DNA of 64,000 bases from the NCBI GenBank assembly GCA_902493275.1, contig CABUOQ010000002.1, positions 30,328-94,327 on the forward strand, given 5' to 3'. The notes beneath the pieces are model-generated. The model saw nothing but the letters and a program-made list of their open reading frames with translations, did no database searches and was not told where the DNA came from. The DNA comes from an uncultured Bacillota bacterium (GTDB lineage Bacteria; Bacillota_I; Bacilli_A; RFN20; CAG-449). Of the stretch, positions 27,620 through 37,515 are shown one piece after another. Numbering within the stretch: the stretch's first letter is position 1; every line of letters starts with the position of its first letter. The translations under genes and the position numbers were made by a program.

Positions 27620-29083
27620 TTATTTCATCACCCTTTCCGCGGTTATGCCTTTTAAAGATGTTGTATCTTCAAGGGCATAAGCAATATTTAATAAGTTACC
27701 TTCATCAAACGCCTTTGCAGTAAGATTTGCTGCAAAAGGAAATTTATTATCTAAGCCTATTGGAAGAGATATTGAAGGTAAACCGCCAAAATTACCAATT
27801 GCCATATGATTTTCAGCAATCAAGTACGTTGCAGACATCTTATCTGCACCACCGCCTTCAAATGAATTTCTTGCATTAGAAACACATGGTAAATATATCG
27901 CGTCATAATCTTTTAAAACTTCATTTATTTTATCAACAATTAATCTTCTAGCTTTTTGAGCTCTAAAGAATAATTCACTTTGATTCTCTTTAAACAAAGA
28001 AAATGAACCAATTACAAATCTTCTCTTAATAAGTTCAGAAAAGCCTTGAGTTCTAGCTTTTATCATAACTTCTTGATATGTCATTTCTCCACCAACTCTC
28101 GGACCAAATTTAACTCCATCAAGATTGGCATTATTTGAAGTTGCTTCCGCACAAGAAATAACTAAATATGTTGGAAGAATTGCCTCTAATAAATTTAAAG
28201 GGAATGAAATTGTATCTACAATTGCTCCTTTATTTTTTAAATTGTCTATGCTCTTATTAAAAGTTTCTTTAATGATTTCAGATTCAACAGAATCAACAAC
28301 TTCTTTAAGAACCGCTATTTTTTTATTTTTAATATCGCCTGTTAATTTTTCGTGATATTTTTCTACTTTTTGATAAGAGGATGTTGCATCTTTATCATCG
28401 TGTCCTGCTAAAAGTTCTAAAGCATATGCGGCATCTTTCACACTTCTAGTAAAATATCCTACATGATCTAATGAGGCAGCAAATGGAAATAAACCATATC
28501 TAGATATTCTCCCCCAACTTGGCTTAAATCCTACTAATCCAGCATATGAAGCTGGTTTTCTTACTGAATCACCTGTATCTGAGCCTAATGCAAAAGGAAT
28601 TATGCCACTTGCCATAGCACTTGCAGAGCCACATGAAGAGCCCCCGACCATATATTTATGCGTTGGATCATAAGGATTATATGTCGTTCCTAAATGTCCA
28701 GTAACTCCTGAACCGCCCATTGCTAATTCATCAAGTGTTGTTTTAGCAATTAAAACAGCCTTTGCATCTTTTAATTTTGTAATGACTGTCGCATCAAACA
28801 CAGGAACATAGTCTTTAAGAATATTACTTGATCCCGTAGTCAAAATATTTTTTGTTGAAAAATTATCTTTAGCTACAAAAGGAATTCCCCAAAACATATT
28901 ATCAACTTCAGGTTCAACTAAGGTAGATGCAAATTCTAAAGCTTCCTTTTCACAAATAGTTTCAAAAGCATTATTTTGATCTCTTTTTGCCTTTTCAATA
29001 GCTTCCTTTGTTAAAGTAAGAGGTGTTACTTTTTTTTCAACTAATAAAGTATGTAATTCTTCAATCGTCATATCTAAATACAT
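27620..29083 (-). CDS. gatA: Glutamyl-tRNA(Gln) amidotransferase subunit A (amidase signature family).
   Basis: Amidase signature region GGSSCGSASAMASG...GSDTGDSVRKPAS, 487 aa, sitting between gatC and gatB. Confidence 0.9.
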   Translation of the reverse strand: MYLDMTIEELHTLLVEKKVTPLTLTKEAIEKAKRDQNNAFETICEKEALEFASTLVEPEVDNMFWGIPFVAKDNFSTKNILTTGSSNILKDYVPVFDATVITKLKDAKAVLIAKTTLDELAMGGSGVTGHLGTTYNPYDPTHKYMVGGSSCGSASAMASGIIPFALGSDTGDSVRKPASYAGLVGFKPSWGRISRYGLFPFAASLDHVGYFTRSVKDAAYALELLAGHDDKDATSSYQKVEKYHEKLTGDIKNKKIAVLKEVVDSVESEIIKETFNKSIDNLKNKGAIVDTISFPLNLLEAILPTYLVISCAEATSNNANLDGVKFGPRVGGEMTYQEVMIKARTQGFSELIKRRFVIGSFSLFKENQSELFFRAQKARRLIVDKINEVLKDYDAIYLPCVSNARNSFEGGGADKMSATYLIAENHMAIGNFGGLPSISLPIGLDNKFPFAANLTAKAFDEGNLLNIAYALEDTTSLKGITAERVMK

Positions 29084-29084
29084 A

Positions 29085-29381
29085 TTATCCCACCACCTTT
29101 GGAAGTTTTATTTGTCCATCGACAACATCTTTTGCGTTTTTTAATACTTCATCGCGAGATAAAGTTTCACTTTCAATATCTTCTCTAAGATAATCAACTT
29201 CACATGGAAAAGGAAATGTCATCGGTTCCACTTCATCAATGCCTTCAATTTTTCCAATTAATTCCATCTGTTTAGTTAAGATATCGAATTCATTCAAAAG
29301 CGTTTGATATTCTTCGTCTTTCATTTCAAACATTAAATTACTAGCGCATTTTTTTAATAATTCTAAATCTATTTGACGCAT
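29085..29381 (-). CDS. gatC: Glutamyl-tRNA(Gln) amidotransferase subunit C.
   Basis: A 98-aa protein immediately upstream of gatA, typical of GatC. Confidence 0.8.
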   Translation of the reverse strand: MRQIDLELLKKCASNLMFEMKDEEYQTLLNEFDILTKQMELIGKIEGIDEVEPMTFPFPCEVDYLREDIESETLSRDEVLKNAKDVVDGQIKLPKVVG

Positions 29382-29390
29382 TTTAACCTC

Positions 29391-31595
29391 CTAATTATAT
29401 AATTTCTTTATCTTAAAATGATTGCTCAATAAAGTTTTATTTCCATATTCTGAATTTTCAAATTCAACTTCGATTAATTTATCCGATAAGACCTTTTTTA
29501 CCACTCCCACGCCAAATTGTTCATGAGACAACTTATCACCAACATACCATTTATCAACTCCATTAGTTTTATTAATAGCTGGAGCGACATTCACATTTAC
29601 TTTTTTATTATTTAGATTTATTTTTAACGGATTAATATATTTTGATTTAATTTGACTATAGTTTTTAACATTAATACCGGCCTCTTTTAAGAATTGTGAA
29701 GGTCTTAAATAACCGCTATTAACATAAGAGAAATCTTGATTACAAGTGATATATAATTTCTTTTTAGCTCTAGTTATTGCCACATAAGCTAATCTTCTTT
29801 CCTCTTCAATTCCTTGGGCACGTTCATCTATCGCTCTTTTAGAAGGGAAGACATCTTGATTAAACCCATAGATAAATACACTATCAAATTCCAATCCTTT
29901 AGCGGTATGAACAGTCATTAAAGAAACATAATTACCTTCATTTATTTCATCTGTAGATGACTGTAACACGGCATTAGTTACAAAATCTTCAAAACTAGCA
30001 TCCTTATTAGCGGTGAAGAATAAGCTTATAGTTCCCATCAATTCTTTGACGTTATCTACTCTATCATCTCCATCTTCTTCTTTTTTTAAGTAAGAATAAT
30101 ATCCGATTCTCTCTAAGAAAGCATTAATCAATTCTCGAAATTCACTGCTTTTATTCTTTTGTAATAGTTCCTTAGTTTTTTCGATTTCTTCTACCATCTT
30201 AGTTAAAGCATTAACTTTAGTGGTATTTAATTCTATTTTATCACTATTTTCTTTAATCAATAAGTATAAACTAACCCCATATTTATCTGCATTCTCTTTT
30301 AATTTATCTAAGCTTGTTGGCCCAATATTTCTTTTAGGAACATTAATAATTCTCTCCAAAGATTGATCGTCCAAAATATTAATAAAGATATTTAAATATG
30401 AAATGACATCTTTAATTTCACGTCTTTGATAGAATTTTAATCCTCCAAATAAACGATAAGGAATTCTTCTAAGAGCAAATTGACTTTCAATTTCACGGGT
30501 TAAATAGTTACTGCGATATAAAACGGCAAATGAGTTATATGTCGCTTTATGATTTTTAACCAATTCATCAATTGTACTTGCTACATATGAAGCTTCCTCA
30601 CCAACTGTTCTCGCATTTATAAAAGTTATTTCCTGTCCATCTGGGTTAACCGCAAATAAATCTTTTTTTATTCGGTCTAAATTATTATCAATTAATCGAT
30701 TCGCACAAGTTAAAATATTTTTACTTGAGCGATAATTATTATGCATAATAATAGTTTCAACATGTGCGCCTTTAAAAAAACTATTTATTTTATTTTCAAG
30801 ATCTAACATGATTTTATTATTTGCACCACGCCAAGTATATATTGTTTGATCAGGATCACCTACGACATATAGATTCGTATCCTTATTCATCAATAGCGAA
30901 ATCAAATAAAATTGTACATCATCGATATCTTGAAACTCATCGACCAAAATATGTTTATATTTTTTAGAAACATTCTCTTTAATACCATTTCTCGTATCTT
31001 CAAGAATCTCTATCGACTTTAAAAGTAAGTCGTCAAAATCTAACGAAGCCGTCTTTTTCAAAACAGCGGTATATTCCTTAAAATAGCCCAAGAATTCATT
31101 TATCAATGGATTAGGATAATGTGTGCCTTCTAAATCTTTAAATTGCAAGCCTTCATTCTTTTTACTTCCTATCCAAGATAGACATTCTTTTATCTGTGGA
31201 TCATTTTTGGCCTTACCATGACCAACAAAAATATTTTTCATAATTTGACGTTGATCATCTTCATCAATAATTGTAAAATTTCTTGGATAATCTATAACTT
31301 CTGCATATTTTCTCAAAAATTTTGCGCACCAAGAATGGATAGTACTTAAGTCCATGTATTCACTACCTGGAATTAATTTATTCACTCGATCTTTAATTTC
31401 TTTTGCTGCCTTATTGGTAAAAGTGATACCTAATATTTGATATGGCATAATACTCTTTTGAGAAATAAGATACGCTATACGATAAGTAAGTACCCTAGTT
31501 TTACCAGATCCTGCTCCAGCAATTACCTTGATATATTGTTTATCACAAGTCACTCCTTGTAATTGTTCCTCATTTAAATCTTCTTTAAAATTCAT
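29391..31595 (-). CDS. pcrA: ATP-dependent DNA helicase PcrA (UvrD/Rep family).
   Basis: Walker A GAGSGKTRVLTYRIAYLI, helicase motifs DEFQDIDDVQF, YRSN and VHTAKGLEFDSVFI, 734 aa. It is positioned upstream of gatCAB as in Bacillus, but no ligA lies between them here. Confidence 0.85.
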   Translation of the reverse strand: MNFKEDLNEEQLQGVTCDKQYIKVIAGAGSGKTRVLTYRIAYLISQKSIMPYQILGITFTNKAAKEIKDRVNKLIPGSEYMDLSTIHSWCAKFLRKYAEVIDYPRNFTIIDEDDQRQIMKNIFVGHGKAKNDPQIKECLSWIGSKKNEGLQFKDLEGTHYPNPLINEFLGYFKEYTAVLKKTASLDFDDLLLKSIEILEDTRNGIKENVSKKYKHILVDEFQDIDDVQFYLISLLMNKDTNLYVVGDPDQTIYTWRGANNKIMLDLENKINSFFKGAHVETIIMHNNYRSSKNILTCANRLIDNNLDRIKKDLFAVNPDGQEITFINARTVGEEASYVASTIDELVKNHKATYNSFAVLYRSNYLTREIESQFALRRIPYRLFGGLKFYQRREIKDVISYLNIFINILDDQSLERIINVPKRNIGPTSLDKLKENADKYGVSLYLLIKENSDKIELNTTKVNALTKMVEEIEKTKELLQKNKSSEFRELINAFLERIGYYSYLKKEEDGDDRVDNVKELMGTISLFFTANKDASFEDFVTNAVLQSSTDEINEGNYVSLMTVHTAKGLEFDSVFIYGFNQDVFPSKRAIDERAQGIEEERRLAYVAITRAKKKLYITCNQDFSYVNSGYLRPSQFLKEAGINVKNYSQIKSKYINPLKINLNNKKVNVNVAPAINKTNGVDKWYVGDKLSHEQFGVGVVKKVLSDKLIEVEFENSEYGNKTLLSNHFKIKKLYN

Positions 31596-31656
31596 AATAT
31601 TTCTTTCAACATTATGATTATATCATAATCACTCATTATTAAATATAAAATAAGAA

Positions 31657-32076
31657 TCAAAAATAATTTTGATAATGAGTAATTTCTTTTTGACCAATTA
31701 TTTCTTCTTTAACCATTTTATTTTCAATTATAAATAAAGTAGGTACAAAATGAATTTTAATATCTAGATAATTCTTTAATTCCACATTACTTTTATCAAA
31801 ATCAACCATAAAATCAGCATTTTTTACATCAATATAATATAAATTGTGATTTAAAGAGGGCTTTTTTTTAATAAAAAAGACTTTTACATTGCGACATGAT
31901 AAACATGAATCTAAATAAAAAAGGACATAATATCTTTCTTCTTTTTGCAAAAAAATATTTTCAATATCAATTATATTTTCATCATGTACAACCGCCTCAT
32001 TATTTTTAAGATTACATCCAAACATAAGCAAAACTATTATTCCTAAAAGCAATATCTTCATTATTCTTCTCTCCAT
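31657..32076 (-). CDS. Thioredoxin-fold lipoprotein (extracytoplasmic thiol-disulfide oxidoreductase-like).
   Basis: Lipobox LMFGC, CxxC motif (YLDSCLSCRNV) and thioredoxin cis-Pro motif (HFVPTLFIIEN). Confidence 0.45.
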   Translation of the reverse strand: MERRIMKILLLGIIVLLMFGCNLKNNEAVVHDENIIDIENIFLQKEERYYVLFYLDSCLSCRNVKVFFIKKKPSLNHNLYYIDVKNADFMVDFDKSNVELKNYLDIKIHFVPTLFIIENKMVKEEIIGQKEITHYQNYF

Positions 32077-32131
32077 TTAATAAATATTGACTTTTTAAGT
32101 AAATTAAAATCAAATGTGATAAAATAATTAT

Positions 32132-33043
32132 ATGAAAAGACATTTTGATATTAAGAACTTATGTTTAATTTCTATAATGACATCCATAAACATAATTTTT
32201 GTCATCTTAAATTTATTTTTTTCATTATTTTCGTTAATAATTTTAATTGGCATTCCTTTAGGTGCAACCATTATAAAACTTAAAGTTAGCACTAAATATC
32301 AATTAATCTATTTATTATCTTCAATTTTAATATGCAGTTTAATCGATTTTCAAATTTCTCTATTTTATATTATTCCTGGACTTATAACTGGGTTTATCTT
32401 TGGATTACTAGTAAATAAAAAAGTGCATGGATTTTTAATAATTATCATCACCTCACTTTTTAACATTATTCTTCAATGGTTATCATTCTATATAATTAAA
32501 TATTTATTTAATGCCGATATGATATCCTTCTTTGCCAATTTATTCGGTGTATCGTTATCTAGATTTAAAGATATTTATCTTGTATTTTTATTTTTAATAA
32601 GTTTGATTCAAATGCTTTTTTCTTATTTTGTAATTGAAGAAGAAATAAAAAAATTTAATTATAGTATCGATGAAAATTATTCAATATTCTATATAATTTT
32701 TTCAATGGGATTATTCTTTTCACTTTTAGGGATTATCGTTCTTATTAATAAATCTATCGGTTATTTATTTTCTTCGCTAGGAATGTTATTTAATGGTTAT
32801 CTGCTATTATATTTATTTAAATATCGTTGTAAATTAATTAATTATTCAATTATTGCTACTTATGTTTTAACTTTTTTCATCAGTCTATCCATTTTCAATA
32901 AAATAAATGATATTAGTTTATTATTTACATTTTTTTCTCTTACATCTTCTTTAAATGGTGTTATATTTATAATATACGTAACTATAATAAGAAAAGAAAA
33001 AATTACTTCTTTACTATTTAATAAAATAGATAAAAAGAGATAA
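32132..33043 (+). CDS. Polytopic membrane protein (about 8 TM), unknown function.
   Basis: Highly hydrophobic 303-aa ORF with ATG at 32132. It is the first gene of a translationally coupled trio. Confidence 0.4.
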   Translation: MKRHFDIKNLCLISIMTSINIIFVILNLFFSLFSLIILIGIPLGATIIKLKVSTKYQLIYLLSSILICSLIDFQISLFYIIPGLITGFIFGLLVNKKVHGFLIIIITSLFNIILQWLSFYIIKYLFNADMISFFANLFGVSLSRFKDIYLVFLFLISLIQMLFSYFVIEEEIKKFNYSIDENYSIFYIIFSMGLFFSLLGIIVLINKSIGYLFSSLGMLFNGYLLLYLFKYRCKLINYSIIATYVLTFFISLSIFNKINDISLLFTFFSLTSSLNGVIFIIYVTIIRKEKITSLLFNKIDKKR

Positions 33044-33061
33044 TACTAACTTAGGAGCCTT

Positions 33062-33331
33062 ATGATTAAATTATTTAACCTTTTCAAATATGGATTTATC
33101 ACTATCTTTACATCTCCCCTATGGATATTATTTTTTATCTATAGCATTTTAAAATGCTTAGTATTATTTATTTATAATTTATTTAAAAATATTATTTTAT
33201 TTTTCTGTGGTAAAGAGATATTTTTCACTAAAGAAGATAAAGCAATTGAAATTTTAAAAGTCAAAGAATCAGAAGATTTAGAAAAGAAAAAACTGGAGGC
33301 ATTAAATGATGCTGAACAACTCACTAATTAA
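33062..33331 (+). CDS. Small membrane protein (one N-terminal TM plus a charged helix), unknown function.
   Basis: ATG at 33062 with RBS AGGAG. It lies 19 nt after the previous stop and overlaps the next gene. Confidence 0.35.
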   Translation: MIKLFNLFKYGFITIFTSPLWILFFIYSILKCLVLFIYNLFKNIILFFCGKEIFFTKEDKAIEILKVKESEDLEKKKLEALNDAEQLTN

Positions 33332-33932
33332 GATAGTTCTTTCCGAACGCGATAAAAAAATTCTTGTAATCATCTTTTTGGTTTTTCTTTTGCTTGTTCT
33401 TCTTTTTGGTATTTTAAATCGCTTATTAAATTCATATATGAAAAAAGAAGGAAAAAAAATCGATCAATATCTTGCTGGATATGTTAAATATAAATTTGTT
33501 AATAACACTAAAGAATACTGCAAAATCGGTTTTCAAAAAAATCAACTTCTTTTGTTTAAACAGCTTCTTTTTCCAACGATTTTAGCAACCATAAGTTTAA
33601 TTGCCTTTGCTATTTTTTGTTCAATTCGCGATTTAAAATGGGATTATATCGGTCAAGTTTATGCGGATATGTTTTTTAAATTAAGCGCTCCAACAACTAA
33701 AATATTTGGTATAACTGTCTTCTCAAGTTGGCCTCATATCGTTCCTGGAAGTATTGTTTTTCATGGAGATTTAGATGGAATTGTCGCCTATATTTTTCTT
33801 ATATGTCTAATCGTAAGTGCAATTACAATAATATTATCCACCATCAAATTTATCGCTCGTGAAAATAGAATAAAAAAGACAAGTAAAAAGATTTTTGAAA
33901 CAAATCTTGACTTGCCTATTAACATTGATTAA
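33306..33932 (+). CDS. Membrane protein (3-4 TM), unknown function.
   Basis: ATG at 33306 with RBS TGGAGG. It overlaps the upstream gene by 26 nt. Confidence 0.4.
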   Translation: MMLNNSLIKIVLSERDKKILVIIFLVFLLLVLLFGILNRLLNSYMKKEGKKIDQYLAGYVKYKFVNNTKEYCKIGFQKNQLLLFKQLLFPTILATISLIAFAIFCSIRDLKWDYIGQVYADMFFKLSAPTTKIFGITVFSSWPHIVPGSIVFHGDLDGIVAYIFLICLIVSAITIILSTIKFIARENRIKKTSKKIFETNLDLPINID

Positions 33933-33938
33933 TTAAAT

Positions 33939-35015
33939 TTATAAATTTCTATATATATTTTCTAACGTTTCATTAGGATTAATTATCAAAGATAATTTTC
34001 CTTTTTGATTTAAACTCAAATATGGTTTTACAACAAAGGTAGTATCATCACCATTTAAGCAACTCCCGCTACTAGTTAAATATCCACCCAATTCGCGAAT
34101 ATATTCATTTTTATCTTGTTTAGAAATTATAGAATCTCCACCATATAATTCACCATGTTGACCTTTAGATAGGTAATATGAAGATGTAATGCCCTCATTA
34201 TTTTCATCTAAATATAAAAAGTAATTTGCACTTTGTAAAAAAGCATCTTGTAATGAAGTGGCTACATAATATGTTAATCCTTCTAATTTATTTTCAAATT
34301 TTTCTACTCCATTACCCATAATAACAAAATCATAGTATGTCTTCGGTAATATTGCATTATCGCTAACAGAAATAACTAAGCATGGAGATGAATCCTTACT
34401 CTTAATTTGTATCTTTTTTCTTTTACCAGCTTTATCTGGCAAAGAATAAATTGTCTCACTTATCCCTTCAGCGGAACGAATCTTTAAAGCTCGATGAGGA
34501 TTATAAATATCTTCAATATTAATCAATTCTGAGAATAACAAATAATCACCTTTTTCTAAAGACGATAGTTTTATTCCCCCATCTAAATAGTTACCTTTTA
34601 CTTCTTTAGTAATATCTAATCCGCTGATATATTTAGATGAGACATTAATTAATGATATTTGATTGTATGAAGAATATGATGCCACATCTATTCGTCGATT
34701 ACTTAAATGTAAATAATCTCCATATATCCCATAATCATATACATCTTCAGTGAGATAATTATCATTTTCATCTTTTAAAACATATTTATTATAAAGTGTT
34801 AAACTATCTTTTCGCGAATTACCATTTAAAGAAATTATATCAGTATCTTCGACTTTCTTAGATACTCTATCAATAATTGTCGAAACTAATTCAAAGGCAA
34901 AAAAACCAATAAGAAGAACATCAATAGCTATTAATAGTCCTCTTATTCTTCTTTTTGATTTCACTTTCCTAATAAGATTTTCTTCTTGAGTTGAATTTTG
35001 AATTTCTTCCGCCAT
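33939..35015 (-). CDS. Bitopic membrane protein with a large extracytoplasmic domain, unknown function.
   Basis: N-terminal cytoplasmic K/R tail and a single TM (RGLLIAIDVLLIGFFAFELV), followed by an approximately 300-aa domain. Convergent with the membrane-protein trio. Confidence 0.4.
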   Translation of the reverse strand: MAEEIQNSTQEENLIRKVKSKRRIRGLLIAIDVLLIGFFAFELVSTIIDRVSKKVEDTDIISLNGNSRKDSLTLYNKYVLKDENDNYLTEDVYDYGIYGDYLHLSNRRIDVASYSSYNQISLINVSSKYISGLDITKEVKGNYLDGGIKLSSLEKGDYLLFSELINIEDIYNPHRALKIRSAEGISETIYSLPDKAGKRKKIQIKSKDSSPCLVISVSDNAILPKTYYDFVIMGNGVEKFENKLEGLTYYVATSLQDAFLQSANYFLYLDENNEGITSSYYLSKGQHGELYGGDSIISKQDKNEYIRELGGYLTSSGSCLNGDDTTFVVKPYLSLNQKGKLSLIINPNETLENIYRNL

Positions 35016-35022
35016 AAGACAC

Positions 35023-36417
35023 CTAATAATCTAAAGATTTATATGTTCGAGGGAATGGTTCAACATCACGGATATTATTCATTCCTGATATATACATCAA
35101 AAATCTTTCAAAGCCTATACCAAATCCAGCGTGTTTACATCCACCATATTTTCTTAAATCAAGATACCATTGATAGTCATCCATATTTAATTTGCTTTTT
35201 TCCATCTTTTCTTTTAAAATATCGTAGTTTTCTTCTCTTTGTGAACCACCTACTAATTCACCAACACCAGGAACTAGTAAATCACAAGCAGCAACTGTCT
35301 TGCCATCTTTATTTCTCTTCATATAAAATGATTTTATCTCTTCAGGATAATTAATTAAAAATACTGGTCCTTTTACTACCACTTCTGTAATGTATCTTTC
35401 ATGTTCAGATTCAAGATCCTTGCCCCAATAAATATTATCATCTTCAAATTTAACACCTTCGCTTTTAGCTTTAAGCAAAATATTAATTGCCTCAGTATAT
35501 TCCATTTTAACAAAAGGTGATTTCAAAACATGATTTAATCGATCCATTAAGGTCTTATCAATCATTGTCGAAAAGAAATTCATTTCTTCAGGAGCGTTTT
35601 CTAGACAATATTGAATGCAATACTTAACGCAATCTTCAATTAAATCCATATCATCATCTAAATCAGCAAAAGCGATTTCTGGTTCAATCATCCAAAATTC
35701 AGAGGCATGAGTTCTTGTATTTGACTTTTCACTTCTAAATGTTGGCCCAAAAGTATATACATCTCTAAAGGCCATAGCAAAAGCTTCAACATGAATTTGT
35801 CCTGATCCAGATAATAAAGTCTTCTTATTAAAATATGAATCTGGATCTTTTTTACCATCACCAGTAATGACATGGAACATATCATCACCTTCACAAGATA
35901 TTCCCGTTAATAATGGAGTGTGGACATAAACAAATCCCTGATCTTGGAAGAATTCATGAATAGCCATAGATAATACGCTTCTTAATCTAAATACCGCATT
36001 AAAGGTATTTGTACGTGGACGAAGATGTGCTATCTCACGAAGATATTCAAATGAATGTCTTTTTTTCTGTAAAGGATAAGAAGCATCACAATCACCAATA
36101 AGAACAAATTCTTGAAGTTGTATCTCAAAAGGTTGTTTTGCTTGAGGAGTTAAAACAAATTTTCCTTTGACTGAAATTGAACATCCGGTCAAATGTTTAC
36201 TAATTTCCTCAAAATTAGAAACAATGTTTTTATCATATACTATTTGAGCATTTTTAAAGTATGTTCCATCATTTAATTCTATAAAGCCGATAGATCCATT
36301 ATTTCGATTGGTTCTAATCCATCCTTCTAATCCAACAAAATCTAAAGAATCTCTTTGGATTTGGTCTCCATAATTACATGTCTCATAGAGTTCTCTAACA
36401 GTTTTAAATTCGTACAT
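35023..36417 (-). CDS. asnS: Asparagine--tRNA ligase (class IIb).
   Basis: Class II motif-2-type block FRSEKSNTRTHASEFWMIEPEIAF, the C-terminal GGCKHAGFGIGFERF, and the 464-aa length fit AsnRS rather than AspRS. Confidence 0.85.
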   Translation of the reverse strand: MYEFKTVRELYETCNYGDQIQRDSLDFVGLEGWIRTNRNNGSIGFIELNDGTYFKNAQIVYDKNIVSNFEEISKHLTGCSISVKGKFVLTPQAKQPFEIQLQEFVLIGDCDASYPLQKKRHSFEYLREIAHLRPRTNTFNAVFRLRSVLSMAIHEFFQDQGFVYVHTPLLTGISCEGDDMFHVITGDGKKDPDSYFNKKTLLSGSGQIHVEAFAMAFRDVYTFGPTFRSEKSNTRTHASEFWMIEPEIAFADLDDDMDLIEDCVKYCIQYCLENAPEEMNFFSTMIDKTLMDRLNHVLKSPFVKMEYTEAINILLKAKSEGVKFEDDNIYWGKDLESEHERYITEVVVKGPVFLINYPEEIKSFYMKRNKDGKTVAACDLLVPGVGELVGGSQREENYDILKEKMEKSKLNMDDYQWYLDLRKYGGCKHAGFGIGFERFLMYISGMNNIRDVEPFPRTYKSLDY

Positions 36418-36603
36418 ACAATTTTTTCTCCTATTTCTTAAATTATACTATATTTAATAAAAAATTAAATATAATCTCTATTTTACACCACAAAAATTTA
36501 TTAAATTTATAAGTAATTCGATTATAACACCATATAAACAAAATAAAATATTTATTTAGTATTTTATCGTTTTTTCTCTATTAATATTTTAGAGGCTATA
36601 ATT

Positions 36604-37515
36604 ATGAAACCCATACTTTTTATTTGCGCTATAAGTATTAATCTTCTATCATCCTATAAAGATGTTACCCCACCATCGATTGATGGGCCCTATGGTTTAT
36701 CTTATGCCTATTATCATGGAGTTAGTAAAGAAGATATAATTAAACAATTTATATTTGAAGACAATGTCGATGATGTAAAGAATCTAGAAATATATTTTTC
36801 TCATGAATTAATTTTAGATTCACCAAATCATAATTTTCAAACAATATATTGTAAAGATACTTCAGGCAATATCGCACATTTAACTTTTGACTTAGATATA
36901 TATGACGATCTTCCACCTAAAATATATTGCCCTGATAATATTATTTTTAATCCATTATCATCGGTAGACTATCAGCAAATAGTCGATGAATGCTATGCAA
37001 TCGATGATGGTGACGGAAGAACTAAAATTGAAGTTATAAATGAAAATTATTCATCGCATATTCATCAAAAAGGTACATATTTTATTTCTTTAAAAAGTAG
37101 TGATAATTCCAATAACACCGCTTATAAAACTATCAATATCACCATCAAAGATGATACCAATGATATTTATTTTATGAATGATATAACTATTAAAGTCTCT
37201 AGCTATAAATATGTTAATCCTTATGAAATGATCGATATTTTAAAAAATAATTATTTTTTAGAAAATATAAATTGTTTAAACGCAGATTATATTAATAGCA
37301 ACTATCAAAACTTTTATCAAACAATAGGAACATATCCGACCACATTAAGATTAACCATTAACAATCAACGAATGACTATTTTAGAAATAAGAATCAATAT
37401 TGTGGTCACTGAAGAAATAGAAATAATTAATAAAAAAAATGAAAGTATATCCTTAATAGAAATTTTACTTTCAATTTTAAATTATCTAAAAAAATTATTT
37501 CAAAATATATTTTAA
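36604..37515 (+). CDS. Secreted protein with two DUF5011/HYR-like Ig-fold repeats and a C-terminal hydrophobic helix.
   Basis: Signal peptide MKPILFICAISINLLSS. Repeat signatures: DVTPPSIDGP...DTSGNIAHLTFDLDI and DDLPPKIYCP...SSDNSNNTAYKTINITI. Confidence 0.4.
   Translation: MKPILFICAISINLLSSYKDVTPPSIDGPYGLSYAYYHGVSKEDIIKQFIFEDNVDDVKNLEIYFSHELILDSPNHNFQTIYCKDTSGNIAHLTFDLDIYDDLPPKIYCPDNIIFNPLSSVDYQQIVDECYAIDDGDGRTKIEVINENYSSHIHQKGTYFISLKSSDNSNNTAYKTINITIKDDTNDIYFMNDITIKVSSYKYVNPYEMIDILKNNYFLENINCLNADYINSNYQNFYQTIGTYPTTLRLTINNQRMTILEIRINIVVTEEIEIINKKNESISLIEILLSILNYLKKLFQNIF

Noticed and set aside
36418-36603. Possible T-box riboswitch upstream of asnS.
   Set aside because: The leader space is only about 186 nt. 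I could not find the conserved T-box motif (AATTAGGGTGGNACCGCG) or its reverse complement, so no T-box is called.
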